From the NCBI GenBank assembly GCA_039934035.1, contig JBDTMZ010000047.1, positions 1,600 through 65,599 of the forward strand: DNA of 64,000 nucleotides, written 5' to 3'. Below, piece by piece: positions 52,735-61,170 of the stretch. Every line of letters starts with the position of its first letter. The first letter of the stretch is position 1. A program made the translations under genes and the position numbers. The notes beneath the pieces are model-generated. The model was not told the origin of the DNA, made no database searches, and saw only the letters and a list, made by a program, of their open reading frames with translations. Source of the stretch: Candidatus Solibacter sp. (lineage in GTDB: Bacteria; Acidobacteriota; Terriglobia; Bryobacterales; Bryobacteraceae).

Positions 52735-54108
52735 ATGCCGCTGACCACCGCCGCGACATGGCGCCCGGCATGGTGGCTGCCGGTGCTCTTCGGAAGTTGG
52801 GCCGCCGCCATCGCTGTGGTTCCCAGCCCCGGCGCGAAGGCGCTGCTGCTCGCGCCCGCCGCACTCGCCGTACTCGGCTGGTGGACCGTACAGACCCCCG
52901 TGCGCTGGCTCGTCCTCTTCTTTGGCGCCGCCCTTCTTCTGCCTCCCCTGCCGATTCCGTTGGGCGATTCCGGCCCCCACCTTGCCATGCTGTTCGCCGC
53001 CGCCGGCCTCTTCGCCGGAGTGCTCTGGCTGCGCCAGTGGCGCGTGCCGCCCGACGCGCTCAATGCTTCCTTCGTCCTCCTGTCCGGCGCTCTGCTGCTC
53101 AGCGTCGCCCCGGCCGCCTTCTACTCCGGCGCGAATGCCGCGGCGGGCAGCCTGGCCCGCGTCTGCCTCTTCGGCATCTCCGTCTACGTCTTCTTCTACG
53201 GCGCGTACGGGCCGGGGCGCAGCGCCGACTCCATGCGCGGCACCCAGCTTCTCTACTGGGCCGCGACCTTGTCCGCCCTTTTTGCCTGCGTCGATTTCTA
53301 CTATCAGTTCCCCGCCCCCGCCGGCTACGGCCCCCAATTCGTCTGGCTCGATTCCGGCGTCTACCGCCGCGCGCAGGGCCTGTTCTACGAAGCCAGCACG
53401 CTGGGCAATTTCTGCGCCTTCTTCCTGACCATGATCGCCGTGGCGTTCTCGCGCCCGCGCCGCGAATCGCCCGTCTCCCGCCCCGCGCTCATCTTCGGCG
53501 GCGCTGTCTTCTTCGCCGCCCTGGTGCTTTCCTACTCCCGTGCCTCGCTGATCAATGTCGCCATCGCGCTCGCCGTGCTCGCCTGGTACAACCGCAGCCG
53601 CCTGCCGGTCTTCCGCATCGCCGCCTGCATCTGTGCCGCCGCCCTGCTCACCTGGTGGATCTTCCCGTCGTTCGCGGAAATGTACTGGCAGCGCATTTCC
53701 AACACCGCGCAGTATCTCTTCACGCGCACCGAAGGCGTGCTCTCGGGCCGGCTCTCCAGTTGGCACACGCTCGCAGACTGGATCGCCGCGCACCCGTGGC
53801 AGGCCATGTTCGGTATCGGCTACAAGACCCTGCCCTATACGAATTTCCTGGGCGACCCGATTGTCGCCGACAACATGTACCTCAGCCTGCTGGTGGAAAC
53901 CGGCGTGCTCGGCGTGGCCTCGCTCGTCTGGCTCAACATCGCAATTTTGCGCGCCATGGCCAGACGCGCACGGAGCAGTTTCTTCGCCATGTGGATGCTC
54001 TGCTTCTGGGCCGGCCAGACCGTGCAATTCGCCTCTGGCGACCTGCTCACTTACTGGCGCGTCCTGCCGGTGTACTTTTGGATTCTCTCCCTGGCCTTGC
54101 GTTTATGA
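52735..54108 (+). CDS. O-antigen ligase/polymerase-like (Wzy_C) membrane protein
   Basis: 457 aa and polytopic. YSRASLINVAIAL, followed by a large loop and GIGYKT, typical of Wzy_C. Confidence 0.75.
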   Translation: MPLTTAATWRPAWWLPVLFGSWAAAIAVVPSPGAKALLLAPAALAVLGWWTVQTPVRWLVLFFGAALLLPPLPIPLGDSGPHLAMLFAAAGLFAGVLWLRQWRVPPDALNASFVLLSGALLLSVAPAAFYSGANAAAGSLARVCLFGISVYVFFYGAYGPGRSADSMRGTQLLYWAATLSALFACVDFYYQFPAPAGYGPQFVWLDSGVYRRAQGLFYEASTLGNFCAFFLTMIAVAFSRPRRESPVSRPALIFGGAVFFAALVLSYSRASLINVAIALAVLAWYNRSRLPVFRIAACICAAALLTWWIFPSFAEMYWQRISNTAQYLFTRTEGVLSGRLSSWHTLADWIAAHPWQAMFGIGYKTLPYTNFLGDPIVADNMYLSLLVETGVLGVASLVWLNIAILRAMARRARSSFFAMWMLCFWAGQTVQFASGDLLTYWRVLPVYFWILSLALRL

Positions 54109-55229
54109 ACCTGCTGGTGCTCGACCAGTTCAGCGACCTGGGAGGCGCCCAGCAGAACCTCCTGGAGTTCCTGCCCGCCTTGCGCCAGGCCGGCTGGTCC
54201 GCGCAGGTGGGGCTCCCCGGCGAAGGGCCGCTCTTCGCCCGCCTTCGCACCCTGGGATTTCCCGTGGAGCGCATCGCGTGCGGCCCTTACCAATCCGGTA
54301 CGAAGTCCTTGGCCGACCTGATGCGATTCACGCTCACCACGCCGCTGCTCGCCTGGCAGATCCGTCGCATGGCGCGCCGCAGCCGGGCCGAAGCAGTCTA
54401 CCTCAACGGTCCGCGCCTGATCCCCGCCGCAGCCATGGCGGAGTTGGATCTTCCGGTGCTGTTTCATTGCCATAGCTACCTCGGCCCCGGCTCGCTGCGC
54501 ACGCTCGCCGGCACGTCGCTGGGACATATGAAAGCGTGGGTCTCGGGACAGTGCGAATACGTCACCGCGCCCTGGCGGGAATTTGTCACTCCGCAGCGTG
54601 TCTCGGTGATCCACATCGGCGTGCCGGGGCCGCCGAATTGGCCGGTCCGTCCCTCCGGCGGCCCGCCCCATGTCGGCTGCATTGGCCGCATTGCGCCCGA
54701 GAAAGGCCAGCGAGAATTTGTGGCAGCCGCCGCCCGCATTCACCAGGCGCTGCCGCAATGCCGCTTCACAATTTACGGCGCGCCGCTGTTTGGCGATCGG
54801 GCCGCCGAAGCCTACGCCGCCGAAGTCCGCGCCGCCGCCGAAGGCCTGCCCATTACGTTCGCCGGCTGGGTCGACGATATCTACGCCTGTCTGGCGGAAC
54901 TCGATCTTCTGCTGGTGCCTTCCACCGGCCATGAGGCCACCACGCGCGTGATTCTGGAAGCCTTCGCCGCGGGCGTGACCGTGATTACGTTCCCCACGGG
55001 CGGCATTCGCGAAGTGGTGGATGACGGGGTCAATGGGGTCCTCGTGCGCGACGTCGACATGATGGCGCACCGCGCCATAGAGCTGCTCACCGGAGACGCG
55101 CGCCACCTCATCCGGATGGCCCACACCGCGCGAGCGACGTGGATGGGCCGCTTCCGCCCCGGGCACAACCATCAGCAGATGCTTAGCCTCCTCCGCTCGA
55201 TGTCCGCCGCCGGCGACTCCAACCACTAA
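54105..55229 (+). CDS. GT4-family (GT-B) glycosyltransferase
   Basis: 374 aa, read from ATG 54105 (ATGA overlap with the preceding gene) inside track ORF 52725..55229. GRIAPEKG and an E-x7-E motif (HEATTRVILEAFAAG). Confidence 0.85.
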   Translation: MNLLVLDQFSDLGGAQQNLLEFLPALRQAGWSAQVGLPGEGPLFARLRTLGFPVERIACGPYQSGTKSLADLMRFTLTTPLLAWQIRRMARRSRAEAVYLNGPRLIPAAAMAELDLPVLFHCHSYLGPGSLRTLAGTSLGHMKAWVSGQCEYVTAPWREFVTPQRVSVIHIGVPGPPNWPVRPSGGPPHVGCIGRIAPEKGQREFVAAAARIHQALPQCRFTIYGAPLFGDRAAEAYAAEVRAAAEGLPITFAGWVDDIYACLAELDLLLVPSTGHEATTRVILEAFAAGVTVITFPTGGIREVVDDGVNGVLVRDVDMMAHRAIELLTGDARHLIRMAHTARATWMGRFRPGHNHQQMLSLLRSMSAAGDSNH

Positions 55230-55903
55230 TCCGGCTTGCGCAGCCACAAGTAGCAGTGATTCCCGATCCTGCTGGCGCGCCCCGAAGCCATCAACGGCAC
55301 GTCCAGATAGCGCAGGGGAAACAGCAGCCAGCCCAGGCCGAAGTGCACTCCGCCGCGCCACCAGCGCCACGGCAGCAACCCCTTCACCCATTCGATTCCC
55401 ATCACCAGCAGCGTGGCCGTCGGACCCGTGCGCCAGCCTTCCGCCACCACTTCCAGGCCGCCGGACAACTGTTTCAAGCCATCGGGCGTGAAGCGCCGGT
55501 AGTCCTTCGGATATTCGTGAAACGGGTGGCAGAACGGCGTCACCAGGTGCAGGTACCCCCCGGGCGCCAACACGCGGCCCAACTCGGATGCGACCTGAAC
55601 CGGATCGCAAACGTGCTCCAATACCGCGTCGCATTCCACGCGTTGGAACACCGAGTCGCCAAATGGCAACTGTCCCGCATCGGCCGCCACGTCCACGCCG
55701 GGCATGGCAAAGAGATCGAGATTGACATACCCCGGCACCACCCTGCCGGCGCCGCCGATATACAGATTCCATTTGCCCAGCGGAAAATCGCGCGGCTCCC
55801 GCGCATTCATCACGAAGGGCGCGGGCGGTTCCACCGCGCGCCGCAGCCAGCCCCGTGCTTCGCGCTTGCGATAGCGCTGTTCCAGAGCCCGCGTCTCCGC
55901 CAC
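55226..55903 (-). CDS. Class I SAM-dependent methyltransferase
   Basis: 225 aa. GGAGRVVPGYVNLD (motif I-like), FDAV..EHV-type motif CDAVLEHV and LAPGGYLHL. The stop codon overlaps the convergent GT4 stop. Confidence 0.8.
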   Translation of the reverse strand: MAETRALEQRYRKREARGWLRRAVEPPAPFVMNAREPRDFPLGKWNLYIGGAGRVVPGYVNLDLFAMPGVDVAADAGQLPFGDSVFQRVECDAVLEHVCDPVQVASELGRVLAPGGYLHLVTPFCHPFHEYPKDYRRFTPDGLKQLSGGLEVVAEGWRTGPTATLLVMGIEWVKGLLPWRWWRGGVHFGLGWLLFPLRYLDVPLMASGRASRIGNHCYLWLRKPD

Positions 55904-55904
55904 T

Positions 55905-56696
55905 TTATTTGGCCGGAGGCAGAATCTTCAACGTGGACGGCAAGGTGAACAGATTGTCCTGCAGACTTTGATTGATCTGCACGTTATCCGAGTAGAGTTC
56001 GAAGACTTTTTCGCCGTTGCGGAAACGCCGTATGCTGTAAGGCCACATCACCCCGCCGCCCACGTCGCGGTACTTGGCGAACAGCGTCTCTTCCGTGTCG
56101 AAATCCTTGTACTCCGGATTGCGGCGCTTCAGAATCTGACGCACCGGCAGCTTGCTGGACGCGCTGAAGTACACCGTCACTGTGAGCCCCCTGGCGTCGG
56201 TGATGTCGACAATTTCCGCCGGCAGATTGTCGTACCGGTCGCTGCCGCGCGAGTAGATGTCCATGCCGGGCTCGTTCAGGCGCTGCCGGAGAATGTAGAA
56301 GATGTTGCGCAGCGTGGCGTCGTTCCAGTTTTCGATCTTCTTCGGTTCCAGCATCCGGGCTCCGCGGAAAGTAATCTCCCACCCGCCTGTTTCGTTGAAC
56401 AGGTAACCGTTCGACTCGTCTTTGCCGAAGTTCTGGCGCTCGCGCACGGAGGGCTTCCCGGCCACCGCCGTGACGTAGCGCGTGTAGATTTTGGCCAGGT
56501 CGAGGCCCTGCAATTCCTGCCGGAAGAACGAATAGGCGCGCCCGCTCTCCACCCGGTCTTCCATGGCGAGGAACGCTTTGCCGCCCACCGCCTGCAGAGC
56601 TTCGTTGACCACCCGCTTCCCGCGCTCGTGCGCATTCTCCGCCGCCCAGGAGGCGGCAGCCATGAGCATCAAAAAGATTAGCCTGGCAGATCTCAT
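55905..56696 (-). CDS. Secreted beta-rich protein of unknown function, paralogous to the C-terminal domain of the upstream inactive M16 protein (possibly a LolA-like fold)
   Basis: 263 aa with a signal peptide and an ATGA overlap with the upstream gene. Block-wise similarity to residues ~540-766 of ORF 56693..58993 (ALQAVGGKAFLA/AQAAVGGADKLA, VDITDARGLTVTVYF/VQITDTTGLVSTVEF, YRDVGGGVMWPYSI/FRPVGGLLLPFKI). Confidence 0.65.
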   Translation of the reverse strand: MRSARLIFLMLMAAASWAAENAHERGKRVVNEALQAVGGKAFLAMEDRVESGRAYSFFRQELQGLDLAKIYTRYVTAVAGKPSVRERQNFGKDESNGYLFNETGGWEITFRGARMLEPKKIENWNDATLRNIFYILRQRLNEPGMDIYSRGSDRYDNLPAEIVDITDARGLTVTVYFSASSKLPVRQILKRRNPEYKDFDTEETLFAKYRDVGGGVMWPYSIRRFRNGEKVFELYSDNVQINQSLQDNLFTLPSTLKILPPAK

Positions 56697-58993
56697 TGCG
56701 GCCTTCGTCCCATTTCCACCGGGTTGATGCCGGTGTTCAGCTTGTATTCCTTCACCACCGTATCCGCGAAACGCCGTCCGCCCTGATTGATCGTGATCTT
56801 GAACGGCAGCAGCAGCCCGCCCACCGGGCGGAAGTCCTCATACACGTCCTCAGAGTAGATGGGCGCGCCGCCCGCCTGTTGCGTGTCGTACGCAACACGT
56901 TTCGGTAGATGGGTCTGCGGGTCGAATTCCACTGTGCTCACCAGCCCCGTCGTGTCCGTAATCTGTACCGTGTTGTCCTCGATCGCGTTGACCGTCCTGC
57001 CTTCGATCCGGTCACTCAGCATCAGCCGGAAATAAACGCGGAAAAGATCGCCGTAGACTTGGCTGCGCTGCGCGCCGGCCAGCGCCCCCCATCCCTGCGG
57101 CGTGGCGATCCAGCCCACCTTGCCATCGGTATAGGCGCTCACCCGTCCGGAGGGCAAAGTGCTGTCCTGCCGGAAATTCGTGGCCTTCACCCACCGGTCC
57201 GTCTGCCCGATTTTCGAACCACCGATGTTGGCGACCGAGGGATCGATCTGGTATTCCGCCAGCGTCGTGGAATCCTGTACCGCAGCCAGTTTGTCGGCCC
57301 CGCCGACTGCCGCCTGCGCCTGCGCCAGAATCTGCTTGCCCTGGGCCAGGCTGGCTTCGCTGGTCTCTACCACCTCGGGCTTGGCCTCGGGAATCGAAAT
57401 ATCGATCTTGGTCACCGTGCCGAGCTTGTCCAGCGACTCGGTGAACAGCGTGGGATTGCCCATCACCACGGTGGTCAGATTCGCCGCATTCAGGTACTGT
57501 TTGGCGACCCGCAGGACGTCCGCCTTGCCGACCGCCTGCAGCGCCTTCTGATGCTGCGAGAGGAAATCTTTCGGGTAGCCGTAGTAATCCAGCAACATCT
57601 GGCGGGAGAAGAGTTTCGCGCGGGTATCGTGATTGAAAATGATGGTATTGATGAGCAACTCGCGCGCCAGCCGGCAATCATCGTCGCTGGCTTCGGTGGT
57701 CCGCATGCGCTCGATCTCTTCCAGAATCACGCGGACGGTCCCCGTGGTGGCGGGCGGCCGGCTGCTGCCGTTGATCTCAAAGAGCGACGGCTGCAAAAAT
57801 CCCGCGCCCCACACCACACTCACCTCCGTGGTGACGTTAGAGCGCAACAGGCGCTCCGCGATATGGCGCTGCAAGACTCCGCCCATCACCTCGAGCGCCG
57901 CGAAATCCTTATCGCTGCGCACGCCACCCAGTTGGCCGATAGTGAAAGCGGTCGGTTGCGTGTCCTTCCGTTCCACCAGGGAGACGCCGGGCGCCGGCAC
58001 GTTCTTCACCTTGCCGAAATCCACCACCAGGGCCGGCTGCGCCTTCCAGTCCCCGAAGACCTGCTCCAACCGGGTCTTCATTTCCGCCGTATCGAAATCG
58101 CCCCAGATTCCCAGCGTGGTATTGGCCGGAATGAAATAGCGTTGATGGAACGCCCGCACGTCGGCCCGCTGGATATGGTCCAGGGTCCCGTATTCGGGCT
58201 GCCAGCCAAAGGCGTTGTCCTTGCCATAGACAAGGGCGGCGAATTCCCGCCGGGTCACGTTCCTCGCCACGTCGTTGCGCCGCGAGATCCCGAACCGCAA
58301 CTGCGTCTTGGCAGCTTCCAGTTTCTCCTGACGGAAGCCCGGCTGCACCAGCAGTTCCTTGAACAACTGCATCGTCATGGCGGAGTTTTCCTTCAGCGAG
58401 CTGAAGGTCACCGACGTCGTGGACTCGGTGACGTTGCATTCCACATTGGCCGCATTGTCGTCCATCAGAATGTCGATCTGTTCGGGCGTCTTGACGTTGG
58501 ACCCTCCGGTGCGAAGCGCGATCCCGGTGAGTTGCGCCAGCCCGATGCGTTGCGGCGGATCCAGCAACGTACCCGCTTTGACCAGGGCACCCCCGCCCAC
58601 CACCGGAAGATCGTGATCTTCCAGCAGAAACACTTTCAATCCGTTGGGCAAAGTGAACGTGGTGCTGGCCGGCTCTTGCAGCGGGCGCAAGGGCGCATAC
58701 TTCAGGTCTGTCGCCGAGGTCATGCCCAGCATCGGCGCGGTGGTCGCGCCGCGCCCGGCAGCCGGAGCCCCCGGTGCCGCCGCGCCTCGTCCCGCGCCCC
58801 CGGCAGCCGGTGCCGCAGGGGCTGCCCCCGCACCTCGTCCCGCGGCCCCGGCAACCGGTGCCGCAGGGGCTGCCCCGCCCCGTTTGGCCTTAGCGGGGGC
58901 GCCTCCATTCTTCGTGCCCAGACCGGGAATGGTGGGAGCGTTCTGGCCATACGCCACAGCTACCCACAGGAGGACCGTGATTGCCTTCTTCAT
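56693..58993 (-). CDS. M16-family peptidase-like protein lacking the HxxEH zinc motif (non-catalytic subunit), with an Ala/Gly/Pro-rich N-terminal linker and an extra C-terminal domain
   Basis: 766 aa with a signal peptide. M16 fold blocks (FTLPNGLKVFLLEDHDLP), but GLAQLTGIALRTG stands in place of HxxEH. Overlaps the upstream active M16 gene by 4 nt. Confidence 0.8.
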   Translation of the reverse strand: MKKAITVLLWVAVAYGQNAPTIPGLGTKNGGAPAKAKRGGAAPAAPVAGAAGRGAGAAPAAPAAGGAGRGAAAPGAPAAGRGATTAPMLGMTSATDLKYAPLRPLQEPASTTFTLPNGLKVFLLEDHDLPVVGGGALVKAGTLLDPPQRIGLAQLTGIALRTGGSNVKTPEQIDILMDDNAANVECNVTESTTSVTFSSLKENSAMTMQLFKELLVQPGFRQEKLEAAKTQLRFGISRRNDVARNVTRREFAALVYGKDNAFGWQPEYGTLDHIQRADVRAFHQRYFIPANTTLGIWGDFDTAEMKTRLEQVFGDWKAQPALVVDFGKVKNVPAPGVSLVERKDTQPTAFTIGQLGGVRSDKDFAALEVMGGVLQRHIAERLLRSNVTTEVSVVWGAGFLQPSLFEINGSSRPPATTGTVRVILEEIERMRTTEASDDDCRLARELLINTIIFNHDTRAKLFSRQMLLDYYGYPKDFLSQHQKALQAVGKADVLRVAKQYLNAANLTTVVMGNPTLFTESLDKLGTVTKIDISIPEAKPEVVETSEASLAQGKQILAQAQAAVGGADKLAAVQDSTTLAEYQIDPSVANIGGSKIGQTDRWVKATNFRQDSTLPSGRVSAYTDGKVGWIATPQGWGALAGAQRSQVYGDLFRVYFRLMLSDRIEGRTVNAIEDNTVQITDTTGLVSTVEFDPQTHLPKRVAYDTQQAGGAPIYSEDVYEDFRPVGGLLLPFKITINQGGRRFADTVVKEYKLNTGINPVEMGRRPQ
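58754..58889 (-). repeat. Imperfect ~48-bp tandem repeats inside the CDS, encoding an Ala/Pro/Gly-rich linker
   Basis: CCCCGGCAGCCGGTGCCGCAGGGGCTGCCCC... (58797-) is repeated as CCCCGGCAACCGGTGCCGCAGGGGCTGCCCC... (58846-), with a more diverged unit before them. The peptide reads AAPAAPVAGAAGRGAGAAPAAPAAGGAGRGAAAPGAPAAGRG. Confidence 0.75.
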
Positions 58994-60528
58994 TGCAGAC
59001 CTCCGGCCCTGCGCTCGCCAGGCTTCGCCGCCGGAGCGTCGGATTGCCCCGGTCCCACGTTGTAGACCGTGGTGCGCCCGGTGGCCACGAAATAGCGGTT
59101 GGCGGCGCGTTGCAAATCCTCGGGCTTCACCTTGTCGACGTCGTCGAGCTGGGTAAACAGACGATGCCAGTCTCCGTACATACCGGCATGCAGCGCCAGC
59201 AGGCTCGCCAGTTCCTGATTGCTGTTCATACGGCGGATCAGGTTGGCGCGCGCCATCACCTTGGCCCGCGTCACCAATTGCGGGTCCAGCGGAGTGCTTT
59301 TGAAACGCAGCAGCATCTCGTCCAGCGCGCGCTGCGTGTCCTCCACCGTGCGTCCCGGACCGGGCACCAGCATGAAGACGAACAGATTGGAGAAATACCC
59401 GTCGGGATTGGTGGCCGTCGCCTGCGCCTGCTGCGCCACCCGCTTTTCCTGCACCAGTTCGCGGTACAGTAGCCCGGACCGTCCCTGCGAAAAGAGGATT
59501 TGCAGCATATCGAGCGCCACGTCGTCGCGATCGAACTGGCTCGGCCGCTTATAGCCCACCATCGCCATCTGCGGCCCCTGCAATTCCAGCACGACCGTCT
59601 TCGGGCCGGACTGCGGCGGCTCCTGCGTGGTCACCCGCGGCGGCAGAGGCTTGGCCGGCAGCGTTCCGAAATACTTCTCCGCCAGGCGTTTGGCCTCCGC
59701 CAGGGTGATGTCGCCGACCAACGCCACTGTCATGTTGCCCGGCACGTAATAGCGTTCGAAGAATTCCTGGGCCTCGGTGCGCCGCAGATTCTGGATGTCG
59801 CTCGGCCACCCGCCCACCGGGTTACGGTAGGGATGCGTCTTGAATGCCGCGGCCAGCAACTCCGCCATCACCTTCCCCTGCGGCGTGCCTTCCGCCCGCT
59901 GGCGGTACTCATCCAACATCAGGCTGCGCTCGCTGTAGAACTCGCGGAAGGCCGGCCGGGAAAGCCGCTGCGCTTCCGTCAAAAACCACAATTCGGCGCG
60001 ATTGGAAGGCAGGCTATACGAAGTCTCGCTATACGTGGAGTTGACGACGGCATTCAGATTGACCCCGCCGTTTTCCTCCAGCAGGCGCCGGAAATCGCCG
60101 GCCGCCGAATAGCGCTGCGCGGTTTCCGCCGCCTGGCGAGCCTGGGTACGCAAGCCGTCCACCCGGATCTCGTCTGCTTTCAGGCCCTTCCGCGACTCGG
60201 CTTCCGCCTTGTTCAGCGTCTCTTCCAGGCTGTCTAGCGCCTTGCGTTCGTCTGTCCAGTTGCGGGTACCCAGCGTCTCCGAGCCCTTGAACGCCATGTG
60301 TTCGAACATATGCGCCAGGCCGGTCTCGCCCGCCGGATCGTCCACGCTGCCGGCGGCGATGTAGGTGTGGAAGGAAATCACCGGCGATTCGTGCCGCTCC
60401 AGCAAGACGAAATGCAGGCCGTTGGGTAAAGAAAATTCGGTGATCTTCTTCTGAAACTCCTGCATCTCCTGCGCGGACAGGGCCAGCGCGGCAGAGAGCA
60501 GCAGCGAACAGAGACGCATGCCACGCAC
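58990..60528 (-). CDS. M16-family zinc peptidase (active subunit, HxxEH present)
   Basis: The track ORF starts at 60579, inside a direct DNA repeat. I prefer GTG 60528 (AAGGAG 9 nt upstream) or ATG 60519 (MRLCSLLLSAALALSA signal peptide). Zinc motif GLAHMFEHMAFKGS. Confidence 0.85.
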   Translation of the reverse strand: MRGMRLCSLLLSAALALSAQEMQEFQKKITEFSLPNGLHFVLLERHESPVISFHTYIAAGSVDDPAGETGLAHMFEHMAFKGSETLGTRNWTDERKALDSLEETLNKAEAESRKGLKADEIRVDGLRTQARQAAETAQRYSAAGDFRRLLEENGGVNLNAVVNSTYSETSYSLPSNRAELWFLTEAQRLSRPAFREFYSERSLMLDEYRQRAEGTPQGKVMAELLAAAFKTHPYRNPVGGWPSDIQNLRRTEAQEFFERYYVPGNMTVALVGDITLAEAKRLAEKYFGTLPAKPLPPRVTTQEPPQSGPKTVVLELQGPQMAMVGYKRPSQFDRDDVALDMLQILFSQGRSGLLYRELVQEKRVAQQAQATATNPDGYFSNLFVFMLVPGPGRTVEDTQRALDEMLLRFKSTPLDPQLVTRAKVMARANLIRRMNSNQELASLLALHAGMYGDWHRLFTQLDDVDKVKPEDLQRAANRYFVATGRTTVYNVGPGQSDAPAAKPGERRAGGLQ

Positions 60529-60550
60529 GTTTGACAGCTCCTTGGGCGAT

Positions 60551-60579
60551 GGGGGGTATCCCACGGGGGGGTATCCCAC
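60551..60579. promoter_or_regulatory. Tandem direct repeat GGGGGG(G)TATCCCAC x2 upstream of the M16 operon
   Basis: The units are 60551-60564 and 60565-60579, 23-51 nt upstream of the preferred start GTG 60528, in the divergent spacer shared with the PilZ gene. Confidence 0.3.
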
Positions 60580-60656
60580 TGCTTTTAAGAGGATAGCAGG
60601 GTCGCCGGAATGGGACCGATGGCCTATGGAACCGCGAGTACCCCACAGGTACCGGT

Positions 60657-61166
60657 GTGACTGTCCTTTCCTACGGCGAGTCTTTTATGATGACTGCAGT
60701 TGAAGATTTAGAAAGGCGATTCATGGATTCGAGAGTCTTGTGGGGCAATGGCGGGGCCGATCAGATTGCCGGCGACCGCCGGCAGGACCGGCGCTATCAA
60801 CTGCACCTGGAGGTGCGGTGGAAACTGATCCGGCGTCGCCGCGTGTTGGATACCGGCACCGGCCACACCATCGACGTCTCCAGCGGGGGCCTCCTCTTCG
60901 ACGCCGGCCGGCACCTGCCGGAAGGCCTTAATGTGGAATTGTCGATCTCCTGGCCGGTACTGTTGCACAATGTGGCGCCGATGCAACTCGTCGCCAGCGG
61001 GAAAATCGTGCGCTGCAACGGCCGCCACATCGCCATGCAGACCGTGGCCCACGAATTCCGCACCATGGGAATTCCCACCGAGCAACGCAACGTCGCATCC
61101 AATTCCAACCAGGGTCCCGCCGTTCTGGGCGGACCGGGCACCTTCGCCGCGCTTGGCCATCTCTAG
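60657..61166 (+). CDS. PilZ-domain protein (putative c-di-GMP receptor)
   Basis: 169 aa as the maximal ORF. In-frame alternative starts are ATG 60687 and ATG 60723, the latter with GAAAGG 6 nt upstream. PilZ signatures RRQDRR (RxxxR) and DVSSGG (DxSxxG). Confidence 0.75.
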   Translation: MTVLSYGESFMMTAVEDLERRFMDSRVLWGNGGADQIAGDRRQDRRYQLHLEVRWKLIRRRRVLDTGTGHTIDVSSGGLLFDAGRHLPEGLNVELSISWPVLLHNVAPMQLVASGKIVRCNGRHIAMQTVAHEFRTMGIPTEQRNVASNSNQGPAVLGGPGTFAALGHL

Positions 61167-61170
61167 CCGC

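Noticed and set aside
56909-59065. 718-aa ORF on the + strand, and the similar ORFs 22739..24508, 17139..18932, 49885..51501, 33981..35003 and 12279..13142
   Set aside because: Each lies antisense to a gene with strong family signatures (M16, FtsK, YfhO, Wzy_C, TolC, UPF0182). All show the same R/G/A/H-rich composition and lack motifs.
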